Positions 29,416 through 38,885 of a stretch of DNA of 64,000 nucleotides are shown here, piece after piece. Positions within the stretch are counted from its first letter, which is position 1; every line of letters begins with the position of its first letter. The notes under the pieces were generated by a model that did not search any database, had not been told where the DNA came from, and saw only the letters and a list, made by a program, of their open reading frames with translations. The stretch comes from Planctomycetales bacterium (GTDB taxonomy: Bacteria > 4484-113), in contig JBBIRS010000001.1 of NCBI GenBank assembly GCA_037441675.1, positions 32,001-96,000 of the forward strand, read 5' to 3'. The translations under genes and the position numbers were made by a program.

Positions 29416-30981
29416 TTGGAGAGGAATATGAAAAAAGCCATAATGTGGACTTCAATGGGAAGATTCTTGATTTATTTGACTACATTTCTTTTTAGCTTTT
29501 CAACAACCGTTTCAGCGCAAGGTGGCAGGGAAACAGCCAAACCCAAAGAGTACAAGCGTCCGTGGTACGCTATTTTTGAGCAGAATCTAGCGAAGTACGG
29601 CATACAAGTTCAAGATATCCCTTATGTTCCCATTTTGGATTATTCCCAGTCATGTTCCCTTTGTCACCTGAGATATTTCCAACAATGGCAGGCATCACCT
29701 CACGGAAGGTCATTTGTTGATCCTTTCTTTCAACAAGCTTGGAGCGAATATCACGAGTTTTATATGAGGGAAAGTGAAATATCATCCCGTGCTTCTTGGC
29801 TTGGTGAAAAACGCGCGGGGCAAGAACTACCGGGTGAAGCCCAACCACTGCAGAGAGTTGATTGCCTCTCTTGCCACTCTCCTTCCCTTAACGTTGAAAT
29901 TGAGTTTTCAACTAATGAACCACTAAAGGAATTCTTAAAAGCAATGCGGCAGGGATACATCCCCAAGATAGAGGATGTATCTAGCGGGAGAGTAGATCCA
30001 GTGCTCGCTATAGATAAAAAGCCCAGGCCGGGAACTGATATAGCTAGTAGAAGGCAGTTAAACTACTGGCAAAGGTTGAACGACTACGTTAAGGATGGAG
30101 TAAGTTGTGATTATTGCCACACAATAACAAGAATGGGGCTTCCAACGGATCGTACTCAGATAATGTTTCCAGAGCTCTACAATCAATACTATGGCGTTTC
30201 TTATGAACACCGCTTTGGACTTCAGAAGTTTGGACCCATTGAGGAAACCCCCACATCAGGGCACACAATCGGTTACTCTCCGGTTTACCAGGATTCTCTC
30301 TTTTGCGCTCCGTGTCATCAGGAAGTTAATGCTTACGGTGTGGTTGTTCAGGACACATACAATGAATGGCTTAGCTCTCCATATTCTAGGCCAGGGAGAA
30401 ACTATAAGACTTGTCAGAGTTGTCATATGCCAAGCGCGCAGAGTTTAGGCTTACCACCAATTCCACCTTCAAAGCATGGTCCAGACCGAGAGGATGCCCA
30501 TATGCACGACTTTCGTGGAACAACACCCGATTTTCTCCGAACCGCTGCTGAAGTTTCCCTCGTGGCGGAGAGAGATGAAAATACTATAAAGGCAACTGTA
30601 ACTATTACTAACACGGGCACTGGACATATGCTTCCAACTGGTAAACCTTATCACCAGCTTGTATTAGTAGTGCGCGCTGAAGACGAAGAGGGTCGCGTAT
30701 TCTTTGAAGAGATTAAAGAGTACGAGAAGAAGTTGGGCAAAGCCCTAGACTTTCGCAGTGATGTTCCTTACTGGGAAGCTGATTATGTAGTTTACGATAA
30801 TCGTATACCACCTCAGGAAAGTGTCACGGAAAACTTGGAAATTGATGCCTCTGGTGTCTCAGGGACCGTTTACGTTTCTGCTCAACTTTTCTACCGTCGG
30901 GCTAGTAAGTCAGTCACCAAAGTTTATCAGCTCATCGATAAGCCAATTCAAATTCACTCCGCTGTAGCTGAGGTATCCTAA
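29416..30981 (+). CDS. Exported multiheme cytochrome c (5 CxxCH) with C-terminal beta domain
   Basis: Signal peptide; CSLCH, CLSCH, CDYCH, CAPCH, CQSCH; GHMLPTG. Confidence 0.88.
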   Translation: MERNMKKAIMWTSMGRFLIYLTTFLFSFSTTVSAQGGRETAKPKEYKRPWYAIFEQNLAKYGIQVQDIPYVPILDYSQSCSLCHLRYFQQWQASPHGRSFVDPFFQQAWSEYHEFYMRESEISSRASWLGEKRAGQELPGEAQPLQRVDCLSCHSPSLNVEIEFSTNEPLKEFLKAMRQGYIPKIEDVSSGRVDPVLAIDKKPRPGTDIASRRQLNYWQRLNDYVKDGVSCDYCHTITRMGLPTDRTQIMFPELYNQYYGVSYEHRFGLQKFGPIEETPTSGHTIGYSPVYQDSLFCAPCHQEVNAYGVVVQDTYNEWLSSPYSRPGRNYKTCQSCHMPSAQSLGLPPIPPSKHGPDREDAHMHDFRGTTPDFLRTAAEVSLVAERDENTIKATVTITNTGTGHMLPTGKPYHQLVLVVRAEDEEGRVFFEEIKEYEKKLGKALDFRSDVPYWEADYVVYDNRIPPQESVTENLEIDASGVSGTVYVSAQLFYRRASKSVTKVYQLIDKPIQIHSAVAEVS

Positions 30982-31054
30982 CAGATTCATTAAAGATTCT
31001 TTTCGCTGGTTTTAATTCTCACACGTGGACGTGGAACAAGACTACTCAAAATAA

Positions 31055-31930
31055 ATGAACCAAGTTACCTGGTCAATACATGGAACTAGCATCACCCTTG
31101 ACACACCGCTAGTAATGGGAATTTTGAACGTTACACCAGATTCTTTCTATTCAGGGGGACGCGTATACACAAACATTAGTGAAGCTATCTCCTACGTAGA
31201 AGAAATGGTAAATGCAGGTGCTTCAATAATTGATATTGGTGGAGAATCAACTCGTCCTAATGCTGAACAAGTATCTGTGGAAGAGGAGCTCAGACGAGTG
31301 TTACCGGTTTTGAAAACACTTCAGGATAGATTTCCCCAAGTATTTTATTCGGTGGACACTTATAAAGCTAAAGTTGCCCGGGAAGCTATTGAATCAGGTG
31401 TTCATATCATCAACGATATTTCAGCTTGTAGCTTGGATGAGAATCTCCTCTCAATTATTGCCGAGGCGGATTGTGGTTACGTTTTAATGCATATGCAGGG
31501 GAATCCGCAGACTATGCAAATTGCTCCATACTACAACGACGTAATAACTGAAGTCTACGAATTCTTTGAAAACAAATTAAATAGCTTAGAAAAAAGCGGA
31601 TTGGACAGAGCAAGAATTGTAATAGATCCTGGTATAGGCTTTGGGAAGCGACTGGAAGATAACCTAAAGCTAATTTCAAACGCTAACTCGTTTCATAGTC
31701 TTGGACGGCCCTTGCTTTACGGTGTCTCCCGTAAATCATTTTTAGGCAAGCTTCTGAATAGGGACTTGGAAGATAGACTTCCTGGCTCAGTAGCCGCCCA
31801 TATCATTTTACTGTTGCAGGGTGTCAAAATTTTACGGGTTCACGATGTTGGTCCTGCCATTGACGCAATTAAGGTTTATCTCTCTTTTCTTGAACATCGC
31901 CCAAAGTCACCTGTAATCCCTATATGTTAG
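31055..31930 (+). CDS. folP: Dihydropteroate synthase
   Basis: MGILNVTPDSF, GGESTRP, DPGIGFGK, SRKSF, RVHDV. Confidence 0.96.
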   Translation: MNQVTWSIHGTSITLDTPLVMGILNVTPDSFYSGGRVYTNISEAISYVEEMVNAGASIIDIGGESTRPNAEQVSVEEELRRVLPVLKTLQDRFPQVFYSVDTYKAKVAREAIESGVHIINDISACSLDENLLSIIAEADCGYVLMHMQGNPQTMQIAPYYNDVITEVYEFFENKLNSLEKSGLDRARIVIDPGIGFGKRLEDNLKLISNANSFHSLGRPLLYGVSRKSFLGKLLNRDLEDRLPGSVAAHIILLLQGVKILRVHDVGPAIDAIKVYLSFLEHRPKSPVIPIC

Positions 31931-32199
31931 CGAGAAGAATAATTGTTTCCGGAGTTGTGCAGGGTGTAGGCTATAGATTCTTCGCTGTCAGAGTAGCTAA
32001 TGAACTGCGTATAAAAGGATGGGTTAAGAATCTGATGAATGGCGATGTAGAAGTTGTGGCTATCGCACCTAGTAGCGAAGTCTTTGATGAGTTCCTGAAG
32101 AAGCTTTCAGCCGGTCCCTCCACCGGTCGCGTCACAAATCTAAAAGTGGATGATATGCTTGAAGTTCCCGAGTGTTCGAATTTTGAAATTAGGTATTAA
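31924..32199 (+). CDS. acyP: Acylphosphatase
   Basis: GVVQGVGYR, GWVKN..GDVEV. Confidence 0.93.
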   Translation: MLARRIIVSGVVQGVGYRFFAVRVANELRIKGWVKNLMNGDVEVVAIAPSSEVFDEFLKKLSAGPSTGRVTNLKVDDMLEVPECSNFEIRY

Positions 32200-32686
32200 T
32201 TCTTGCATTAGCACTTTTAGCATCCATCTCAAACTTTTGGCGGTATTTGCGTAATTTCTCGCTTAACCCAATCTTCTTTCCAGAACTCGTGAGAGAAATT
32301 ATCTCTACTGCTAGAAGCCCCGCATTTATCGCTCCACCGATTGCTACTGTTGCTACTGGAACTCCCGCTGGCATTTGCGCGATGGAAAGAAGAGAATCTA
32401 AGCCGTTAAGAGATGCAGGAATTGGAACACCTATCACTGGTTTGGTTGTTAAGCTCGCAATCACTCCAGGTAGATGAGCTGCCATTCCAGCCATCGCAAT
32501 AAAAACTAGAGCATCTTTTTCTAATTCTACGAGTTTCTCGCGTAAATATTTGGGAGAGCGGTGAGCTGATGCAACTATTAGAGTACTACTGACTTCAAAT
32601 GTGTTTAGAGTATTAATGCATTCCTTAGCGATGTCTAAGTCACTTTTGCTTCCAAGAATTATTGCTACTAATGGTTTAGAATTCAT
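32189..32686 (-). CDS. purE: N5-CAIR mutase
   Basis: GSKSD, SAHRSP, AGMAAHLPG, QMPAGVPVATV. Confidence 0.96.
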   Translation of the reverse strand: MNSKPLVAIILGSKSDLDIAKECINTLNTFEVSSTLIVASAHRSPKYLREKLVELEKDALVFIAMAGMAAHLPGVIASLTTKPVIGVPIPASLNGLDSLLSIAQMPAGVPVATVAIGGAINAGLLAVEIISLTSSGKKIGLSEKLRKYRQKFEMDAKSANARINT

Positions 32687-32771
32687 GTTCAGTAATCACC
32701 TTATCAGATAAACTATTCTAGCAGTAACAACTTAAGATGTATAATTCCGCCTTTAAATACTGGAAATACTT

Positions 32772-33953
32772 ATGTTCAGACGGGTTTTCTTAATAGTTCT
32801 AGATGGGTTGGGTGTTGGTGCCCTTCCAGATGCAAGCAGATTCGGTGATGAAACTTCTGCGACATTTCAGCATATTTTTGATGCGGTAAAGCCAAACGTT
32901 AGAACGCTCCTTTCACTGGGACTTGGCAACATAGCTTACCACTCGGAGATTCCACTCATTAGTTATCCCAGAGCCTTTTGGGGCAGGATGAGTGAAAAAA
33001 GTGCTGGGAAGGACACGACTAGTGGGCATTGGGAGATGATGGGAATTATTAGGAAGGGCGAACCAAGAACCTTTCCGAATGGCTTTCCCCAAAGCCTAAT
33101 TGATGAACTCTCAAGGCATAGTGGCTATGAATTTCTGGGGAATAAGCCAGCCTCCGGAACAGAAATTATAAAAGAACTAGGTGAGGAGCATATAAGGACT
33201 GGAAAGCTTATCATTTACACAAGCGCTGATTCAGTTCTACAAATTGCGGCTCACAAAGAAGTGGTGAGCCTAGAAGAACTTTACCGAGTTTGTGAAATTG
33301 CTAGAAGTATCTGCCAAGGTGAGTGGGAGGTAGATAGAATTATCGCTCGTCCTTTCATAGGTTCAAATAGAGATAGTTTCGTACGAACGTATGAAAGAAG
33401 AGACTTTAGCTTAACTCCTCCTAGAAACTATCTAGACAACCTTTTAGAGAAAAATATTCCGGTATTCTTAGTAGGAAAGCTGGGAGACATTTTCCCGAAT
33501 GCTCAAGGTGCTAAAAATATACATACAGGGAATAATCAGGACACTATGAGCCAATTGGACGTTCTGGTTTCTTCAGAATTTTTTGGTCTAATCTTCGCTA
33601 ATCTCATAGACTTTGACAGTCTCTATGGACATCGTAATGACACTAAAGGTTATGCTAGGGCTTTGGAGGAGTTTGATCAATGGTTGATCTTCTTTCTAAG
33701 TAAGTTATCAAAGGAAGATTTGTTAATTCTCACTTCTGACCATGGTAATGACCCAACTACATCCTCCACTGATCATTCAAGGGAGTATGCTCCGATCCTC
33801 GTCTATTCTCCATCCCTGGAACATACAAAGTTAAAGAAACACTTAGAAGACCGTGAGAGCTTTGCAGATGTAGGGGCAACAATAGTTGATAATTTTGGTA
33901 TAAAGCCACAACTGGCTGGAAAGTCCTTCCTGGATGTGCTTAAACAGTTCTAG
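32772..33953 (+). CDS. deoB: Phosphopentomutase
   Basis: VLDGLGVG, GKDTTSGHWE, YTSADS, DFDSLYGHRND, DHGNDP, DHSRE. Confidence 0.96.
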   Translation: MFRRVFLIVLDGLGVGALPDASRFGDETSATFQHIFDAVKPNVRTLLSLGLGNIAYHSEIPLISYPRAFWGRMSEKSAGKDTTSGHWEMMGIIRKGEPRTFPNGFPQSLIDELSRHSGYEFLGNKPASGTEIIKELGEEHIRTGKLIIYTSADSVLQIAAHKEVVSLEELYRVCEIARSICQGEWEVDRIIARPFIGSNRDSFVRTYERRDFSLTPPRNYLDNLLEKNIPVFLVGKLGDIFPNAQGAKNIHTGNNQDTMSQLDVLVSSEFFGLIFANLIDFDSLYGHRNDTKGYARALEEFDQWLIFFLSKLSKEDLLILTSDHGNDPTTSSTDHSREYAPILVYSPSLEHTKLKKHLEDRESFADVGATIVDNFGIKPQLAGKSFLDVLKQF

Positions 33954-34043
33954 AATCATTTCAGCGTAAAAGAAAAAATTCAAGAGTAAAATATTAAGAA
34001 TATTTATCTATGTTATAAAAAGCGAAATTTTTTCTTCTTCCTC

Positions 34044-34072
34044 TTGCTTTAGTTCAAAGTCAGTGGTATTGT
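34044..34072 (+). promoter_or_regulatory. Putative sigma70 promoter of mtrB-hypA-tsaD
   Basis: TTGCTT-17 bp-TATTGT with TG extension; AAGGAGG SD before GTG 34113. Confidence 0.5.
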
Positions 34073-34112
34073 ATTAAGCACTTTAATCTTAGTTTTAAGG
34101 AGGATACGCTAA

Positions 34113-34382
34113 GTGGAGTTCGAACTTCTTCAGGATTACGTGGTAATAAAGGCTCTAGAAAGTGGTGTAGCCGTAGCCGGTTTGACGCGAGGCGAGGAGA
34201 CAAAGTTTCTGCATTCTGAAAAACTAGAGCGCGGGGAGGTGCTTGTGGCGCAGTTTACTAAGCACGTTGCGGTAATGAAGATTCGTGGCCATGCTAGGAT
34301 TTGGACAAAATACGGGACTGTGGATGCTGAAAGCGAAGTTGAAGCTAGGTATGCTCATCACGCTCCGCGAGAAGAAACCTAG
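34113..34382 (+). CDS. mtrB: trp RNA-binding attenuation protein (TRAP) homologue
   Basis: DYVVIKA.E.GV...GLTRG..TKF.HSEKL..GEV..AQFT.H....KIRG, colinear with B. subtilis MtrB as recalled. Confidence 0.92.
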   Translation: MEFELLQDYVVIKALESGVAVAGLTRGEETKFLHSEKLERGEVLVAQFTKHVAVMKIRGHARIWTKYGTVDAESEVEARYAHHAPREET

Positions 34383-34385
34383 GTA

Positions 34386-34799
34386 ATGCACGAGCTTAGC
34401 CTTGCCACAGAACTTGTGGCTGTGCTTCAATCAGTAGCTAAAAAACATAAGCTCTCAAGTGTTAAAAGCGTCAAAATAGGCTTAGGACCACTGTCCGCCG
34501 TTCACGTTCCGACATTTTGCGACGCCGTATCATTACTTGCCGAACTGGAAGGATTCCCAGCACTAACCTTGTCAATTAATTTGCTACCACTAATGCTTGA
34601 GTGTTTGGATTGTGGTGAGTTTAAGCAGTTTCCGATCTCAGAGCGCGGATACATTGATCCTATTCATAACCCCGAAGGTGAAGAATTTCCGCGTTCTTGC
34701 CCGAAGTGCGGTTCAAGTAAGATTCGATTCGTTGATGCAACCGCAATAGTACTTCAAGAGATTGAGGGAGATAGAGCCAATGGCAGTTCTTGCAATTGA
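34386..34799 (+). CDS. hypA: Hydrogenase nickel metallochaperone HypA/HybF
   Basis: MHELS N-terminus, CLDC...CPKC. Confidence 0.9.
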   Translation: MHELSLATELVAVLQSVAKKHKLSSVKSVKIGLGPLSAVHVPTFCDAVSLLAELEGFPALTLSINLLPLMLECLDCGEFKQFPISERGYIDPIHNPEGEEFPRSCPKCGSSKIRFVDATAIVLQEIEGDRANGSSCN

Positions 34800-35793
34800 G
34801 AGTTCCTTTGATGACACTGGATTAGCGGTGGTAGAGAATGACTTTACCGTCACCTTCTCTTTGCTTTCCTCATCAGTAAACTTGCATGCCCCTTACGGTG
34901 GGATTATCCCTGAACTTGCCTCAAGAGATCATCTTAAAAATCTCCCTATTGCGCTCAACAAACTTATTCAACAACACAAAAACATCCTTGATAATTTAGA
35001 TGCTCTAGGCGTAACGATGGGACCGGGGCTACCGGGTTGTCTACTGGCTGGAGTTAATTTCGCTCGTGGTATAGCTTACGCACTTTCTAAGCCTCTCTAT
35101 GGGTTAAACCACCTTGAAGGTCATTTGTTCTCTCCCTTTTTTGGTACTCACTTAAAAGAGATACCGTTTCCCTTTATTGGGCTGATAATTACTGGAGGAA
35201 ACACCGTTTTGTATTTAGCGCGAAATTTTAATGAATGTGTCTTACTTGGACAGACACTAGACGATGCGGTAGGTGAATTGTTTGATAAGGTTGCTTTCAA
35301 GTTGAATCTTGGCTACCCTGGTGGGAAGAGACTAGAGGAGGAAGCAAAAAAAGTGATTGGTAGTAGCGTGCCCAAGGAGTTTTCACTTCCCGTCCCAATG
35401 AAACACAGTGGAGACTTAAACTTTAGCTTCTCAGGCTTAAAGACCGCAGCGCTCAAGTTAATTCAACGCCAAGATATTTTAAGGTATCCAGAGAAGATAC
35501 CATACCTAGCTTATTCCTTGCAGGTTAGTGCTTGGGAATCACTTTGGATAAAGCTAACTCACGCTTTGGCTCTTACCGGTGTAAGGGTAATTTCAATTAG
35601 TGGAGGGGTATCTCTAAACCAGTTTTTTAGAGATTATGTTACTGAGCGAGCTCTTTCTAAGTCTCTAAAGGTCACTTTTCCGAAGCCTAATCTTTGTATG
35701 GACAATGCGGAAATGATGGCGTATCTCCTCATACTTAGAATGGAAAATAATGAACCGCCACAGGACTTTGACATTGACGCAAATTTAATTTAG
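34780..35793 (+). CDS. tsaD: tRNA threonylcarbamoyltransferase TsaD
   Basis: LAIESSFDDT, GGIIPELASR.H, NHLEGH, DDAVGE.FDK, FSFSGLKT, DNA; ATG 34780 overlaps the hypA end. Confidence 0.93.
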   Translation: MAVLAIESSFDDTGLAVVENDFTVTFSLLSSSVNLHAPYGGIIPELASRDHLKNLPIALNKLIQQHKNILDNLDALGVTMGPGLPGCLLAGVNFARGIAYALSKPLYGLNHLEGHLFSPFFGTHLKEIPFPFIGLIITGGNTVLYLARNFNECVLLGQTLDDAVGELFDKVAFKLNLGYPGGKRLEEEAKKVIGSSVPKEFSLPVPMKHSGDLNFSFSGLKTAALKLIQRQDILRYPEKIPYLAYSLQVSAWESLWIKLTHALALTGVRVISISGGVSLNQFFRDYVTERALSKSLKVTFPKPNLCMDNAEMMAYLLILRMENNEPPQDFDIDANLI

Positions 35794-35892
35794 TCATTGA
35801 GGGTTATTCTCAAAGAGTAAAATTCGTGGCTCTTTACCACTGGTGGTGTTGACAAATATGTTAATCGGATAAACAGAGTAACTGAGAAACTT

Positions 35893-36744
35893 TTAAGCGA
35901 TAAAAGTGCTCAACACTTCTTCAAGCCCAATTTCCTTCTTTGCTCCAGATTTCTCTCTTAGAGCTTCCAGCACTCTTTCATACTCATCTACTTCTTCCTG
36001 ATAGATAACTCCGATTGGAATATAATCCTTAGTTCGAGCAATTCTATACGCAAGTTCCTTCTCTGAAACATCTCTCTCCTCTTCATCAAGGTATCTGAGT
36101 TTTGCCCTTATATCCTTAAAAATCTGCATACCTCCGCGATAAGTTGGGCAAGGGGATATACAGTTTATGAATGAAAACCCCTTATGCTTGATAGCTTTAA
36201 TAATGAGCTCCACAAGATGTTTGGTGTCCCCTGAAAAAGCCTGCGCTACAAATGTAGCGTTAAAGGAGAGGAGCATTTCCAAGGTGTTAAGAGGTCGCTC
36301 ATAAGTGCCCAAAGGTGTGCTACTTGAGTAAATTCCCAATGGGCTAGTTGGTGATTGCTGTCCCTTGGTTAATCCATAAATTTCATTGTCCATCACAAGA
36401 TAGGTTATATCAATGTTCCTTCTCGCAGCATGAGGTATGTGCCCGATCCCGATTGAATATGCATCTCCATCTCCGCCAGCTGCAATTACGGTAAGATGTG
36501 GATTAGCAATTTTCACACCGGTTGCAATTGGCAGGGTCCTTCCATGAATAGAGTTAAAGCCATAAACGTTCAAATAACCTGCTATGCGTGATGAGCAACC
36601 AATGCCAGTAACGATAACGATATTTTCCTTACGTAACCCCAATGCAGAAAATGCTTGAGTAAAAGCCGCAAGGACCCCAAAGTCTCCACAACCTGGGCAC
36701 CAGACGGGTTTCAGATTTGTTTTATATTCAGTTGCGACTGCCAT
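35893..36744 (-). CDS. 2-oxoacid:ferredoxin oxidoreductase subunit beta
   Basis: WCPGCG, GIGCS, HGR, GGDGD, DNEIYGLTKGQ, SPCPT. Confidence 0.95.
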   Translation of the reverse strand: MAVATEYKTNLKPVWCPGCGDFGVLAAFTQAFSALGLRKENIVIVTGIGCSSRIAGYLNVYGFNSIHGRTLPIATGVKIANPHLTVIAAGGDGDAYSIGIGHIPHAARRNIDITYLVMDNEIYGLTKGQQSPTSPLGIYSSSTPLGTYERPLNTLEMLLSFNATFVAQAFSGDTKHLVELIIKAIKHKGFSFINCISPCPTYRGGMQIFKDIRAKLRYLDEEERDVSEKELAYRIARTKDYIPIGVIYQEEVDEYERVLEALREKSGAKKEIGLEEVLSTFIA

Positions 36745-36750
36745 ATAGTC

Positions 36751-38559
36751 CTATTCCTTAAACGAGATTTCTGATGCGATTGTCACTATCTTTTTTCCCT
36801 CTTGCAATTCTTTCAAGCTAAGAGCCGATTTTATGAAGCTAATTACCTCTCCCACGGTAAGCGGGATACCGCCTGCTCTGGAATACTGATATACGTTTTC
36901 AGGCAGATCCAAATGTGCCCTAATATACCTATAGAACTGGTGAGAGTAACTTTGCTCAACGAATATAACAGCACTTACGCCAGTAAGCGCCTTACTAATA
37001 GCTGAAACAGGCAATGGGTGCAATAAACGTGGGATTATGCACTTAACCTTAAGCTTGTTACTACAAAGCTCCTTTACGATTTCTTTCAGAATGCCTTTGG
37101 TGGAACCCCATCCCATTAAGGCAATGTCCGCGTCCTCGGGCCCATATGTCCTTAAGAGTGGATGCTCCTCCGAAATCTGGAGCAGCTTCTTTGCTCGTTT
37201 TTCACTCATCTTGATATGCATTTGAGTGGTTGAGCTTGGATTTCCTATTGGGTCATGCTCTATTCCTACTGCGGTATACTGGTGATTCGGCATACCAGGA
37301 ATAGCCGTAGGGGAGATTCCATTCGGCACTAAAGCGTACCGTTGGTAACGTTCCTCTGGGTTATCATTTGCTAAATCTCTATAGATTTTTTCTATTTCTA
37401 AGCCATTGAAGCTTGGGAATGCTTCCTTTCTCTGTGAAATAAACTGGTCGCTAAGTATTATTACTGGTAGTTGAAACTTCTCTGCGATATTAAACGCATC
37501 AATAGCAGTAAAGAAGCAGTCTTCAACATCAACGGGAGCAAGAACCGCTCTTGGTGCGTCGCCATGCCCTCCATAAACTGCAATCTGCAAATCAGCCTGT
37601 TCAGTTCTAGTGGGAATTCCAGTAGAGGGCCCCGTTCGCTGGACGTCAACCACAACTAATGGAATCTCAGCCATTGATGCAAGACCGATCATTTCGGTTT
37701 TCAGGCTCATCCCGGGTCCACTAGTTCCGCACATCGCTTTAACTCCAGCATAGGAAGCGCCAATAGCCATTCCCACAGCGGCTATTTCGTCCTCAGCCTG
37801 CATAACAGTTCCGCCAAATTTGGGCATATAGGTGGAAAACCATTCTAGGATTTCACTAGCGGGGGTAATTGGATAGCCTGCGTAAAACCTACATCCAGCG
37901 AGCAAGGCGCCGAAGCATAAAGCCTCGTTGCCGGTCATAAATAGTTTTGCTTCCCCCTTCTCGTACTGTAAAGTTGTGTCGACTTTTCCACTAAAGTGTT
38001 CTCGAACGTAAAGCCGAGCTGTTTCAATTGCGGTCAAATTAGCCCTTAGAACTTCCTCCCCCTTTCGCTTAAACTTTTCCTCAACCGCATTGTTTACTGC
38101 CTTTTCAGGCCAATTAATAAGCTCAATCACAGAACCAATCAGAGCCATATTCTTCGCTAGTTTAGTTCCTGCCTTTTCTTCCGCTATCTTCTCGAAAGGT
38201 ATCTTGTGTATGCGAGGAATTAAGTGTTTAGGGATTGGAATTTCACTTTCAGGGGTGTTGTCATATTCATCAACAAAAATGGCGCAATCTTCTGCCAATG
38301 TGTATTCTTCTACGAATCGATGAAAATCCTGCCACTGGAATACGAATAGCACATCGAGGCAATCTCCCGGTGAAAGAATTTCATCGTGGGATAGGCGAAT
38401 TCTACAGGAGCTTTCACCCCCCCGAATTTGGGGACCATAACTCTTTGTTAAAAAAACATTAAGCCCCTCATGGGCAGCGGCGCGGGCTAATATTTCTCCA
38501 GCTGAAATAACACCGTCTCCTCCGCTTCCAACAATAGCCAGCACAATGTCTCTTCTCAT
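36751..38559 (-). CDS. 2-oxoacid:ferredoxin oxidoreductase subunit alpha (gamma-alpha fusion)
   Basis: GSGGDG, IRGGES, YPITPASE, QAEDE, TSGPG, QRTGPSTG.PT. Confidence 0.95.
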   Translation of the reverse strand: MRRDIVLAIVGSGGDGVISAGEILARAAAHEGLNVFLTKSYGPQIRGGESSCRIRLSHDEILSPGDCLDVLFVFQWQDFHRFVEEYTLAEDCAIFVDEYDNTPESEIPIPKHLIPRIHKIPFEKIAEEKAGTKLAKNMALIGSVIELINWPEKAVNNAVEEKFKRKGEEVLRANLTAIETARLYVREHFSGKVDTTLQYEKGEAKLFMTGNEALCFGALLAGCRFYAGYPITPASEILEWFSTYMPKFGGTVMQAEDEIAAVGMAIGASYAGVKAMCGTSGPGMSLKTEMIGLASMAEIPLVVVDVQRTGPSTGIPTRTEQADLQIAVYGGHGDAPRAVLAPVDVEDCFFTAIDAFNIAEKFQLPVIILSDQFISQRKEAFPSFNGLEIEKIYRDLANDNPEERYQRYALVPNGISPTAIPGMPNHQYTAVGIEHDPIGNPSSTTQMHIKMSEKRAKKLLQISEEHPLLRTYGPEDADIALMGWGSTKGILKEIVKELCSNKLKVKCIIPRLLHPLPVSAISKALTGVSAVIFVEQSYSHQFYRYIRAHLDLPENVYQYSRAGGIPLTVGEVISFIKSALSLKELQEGKKIVTIASEISFKE

Positions 38560-38737
38560 ACGTTTACCTGAAATAAAGGATGTAAAATAATGGAATTTGA
38601 GATTAAATTGTAGTGTCTATAAACCATTTTGTCTATGCGTTTCAGTATGAGTACTGATTTCCACTAATTCTGATACCTCAAAGAGGTATTGTGTTAATTT
38701 AATATATGCTCTAGCAGAGAAACTTTAAGATTTAGAT

Positions 38738-38810
38738 GCGCCTGTAGCTCAACGGATAGAGCGACGGACTTCGGATCCGTAGGTTGGGGGTTCAAATCCC
38801 TTCAGGCGCG
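38738..38810 (+). tRNA. tRNA-Arg (anticodon TCG), CCA not encoded
   Basis: Cloverleaf: GCGCCTG/CAGGCGC acceptor, GCTC/GAGC D arm, ACGGA-CTTCGGA-TCCGT anticodon arm, GGGGG-TTCAAAT-CCCTT T arm. Confidence 0.96.
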
Positions 38811-38885
38811 TTTTTTTAGCCTTTGGTGATAGTATGCTTAGCCCGTTATAATATTTCATTATTTCCAAGCGTCAGGAGGAAAACA

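Noticed and set aside
31021..31038. Half parS-like sequence (CGTGGAACA); also TTTCACGAAA near 53888
   Set aside because: Neither forms the full 16-bp TGTTNCACGTGAAACA palindrome
38689..38706. Possible Rex site upstream of the 2-oxoacid oxidoreductase
   Set aside because: Only the left half (TTGTG) matches; the right half is poor
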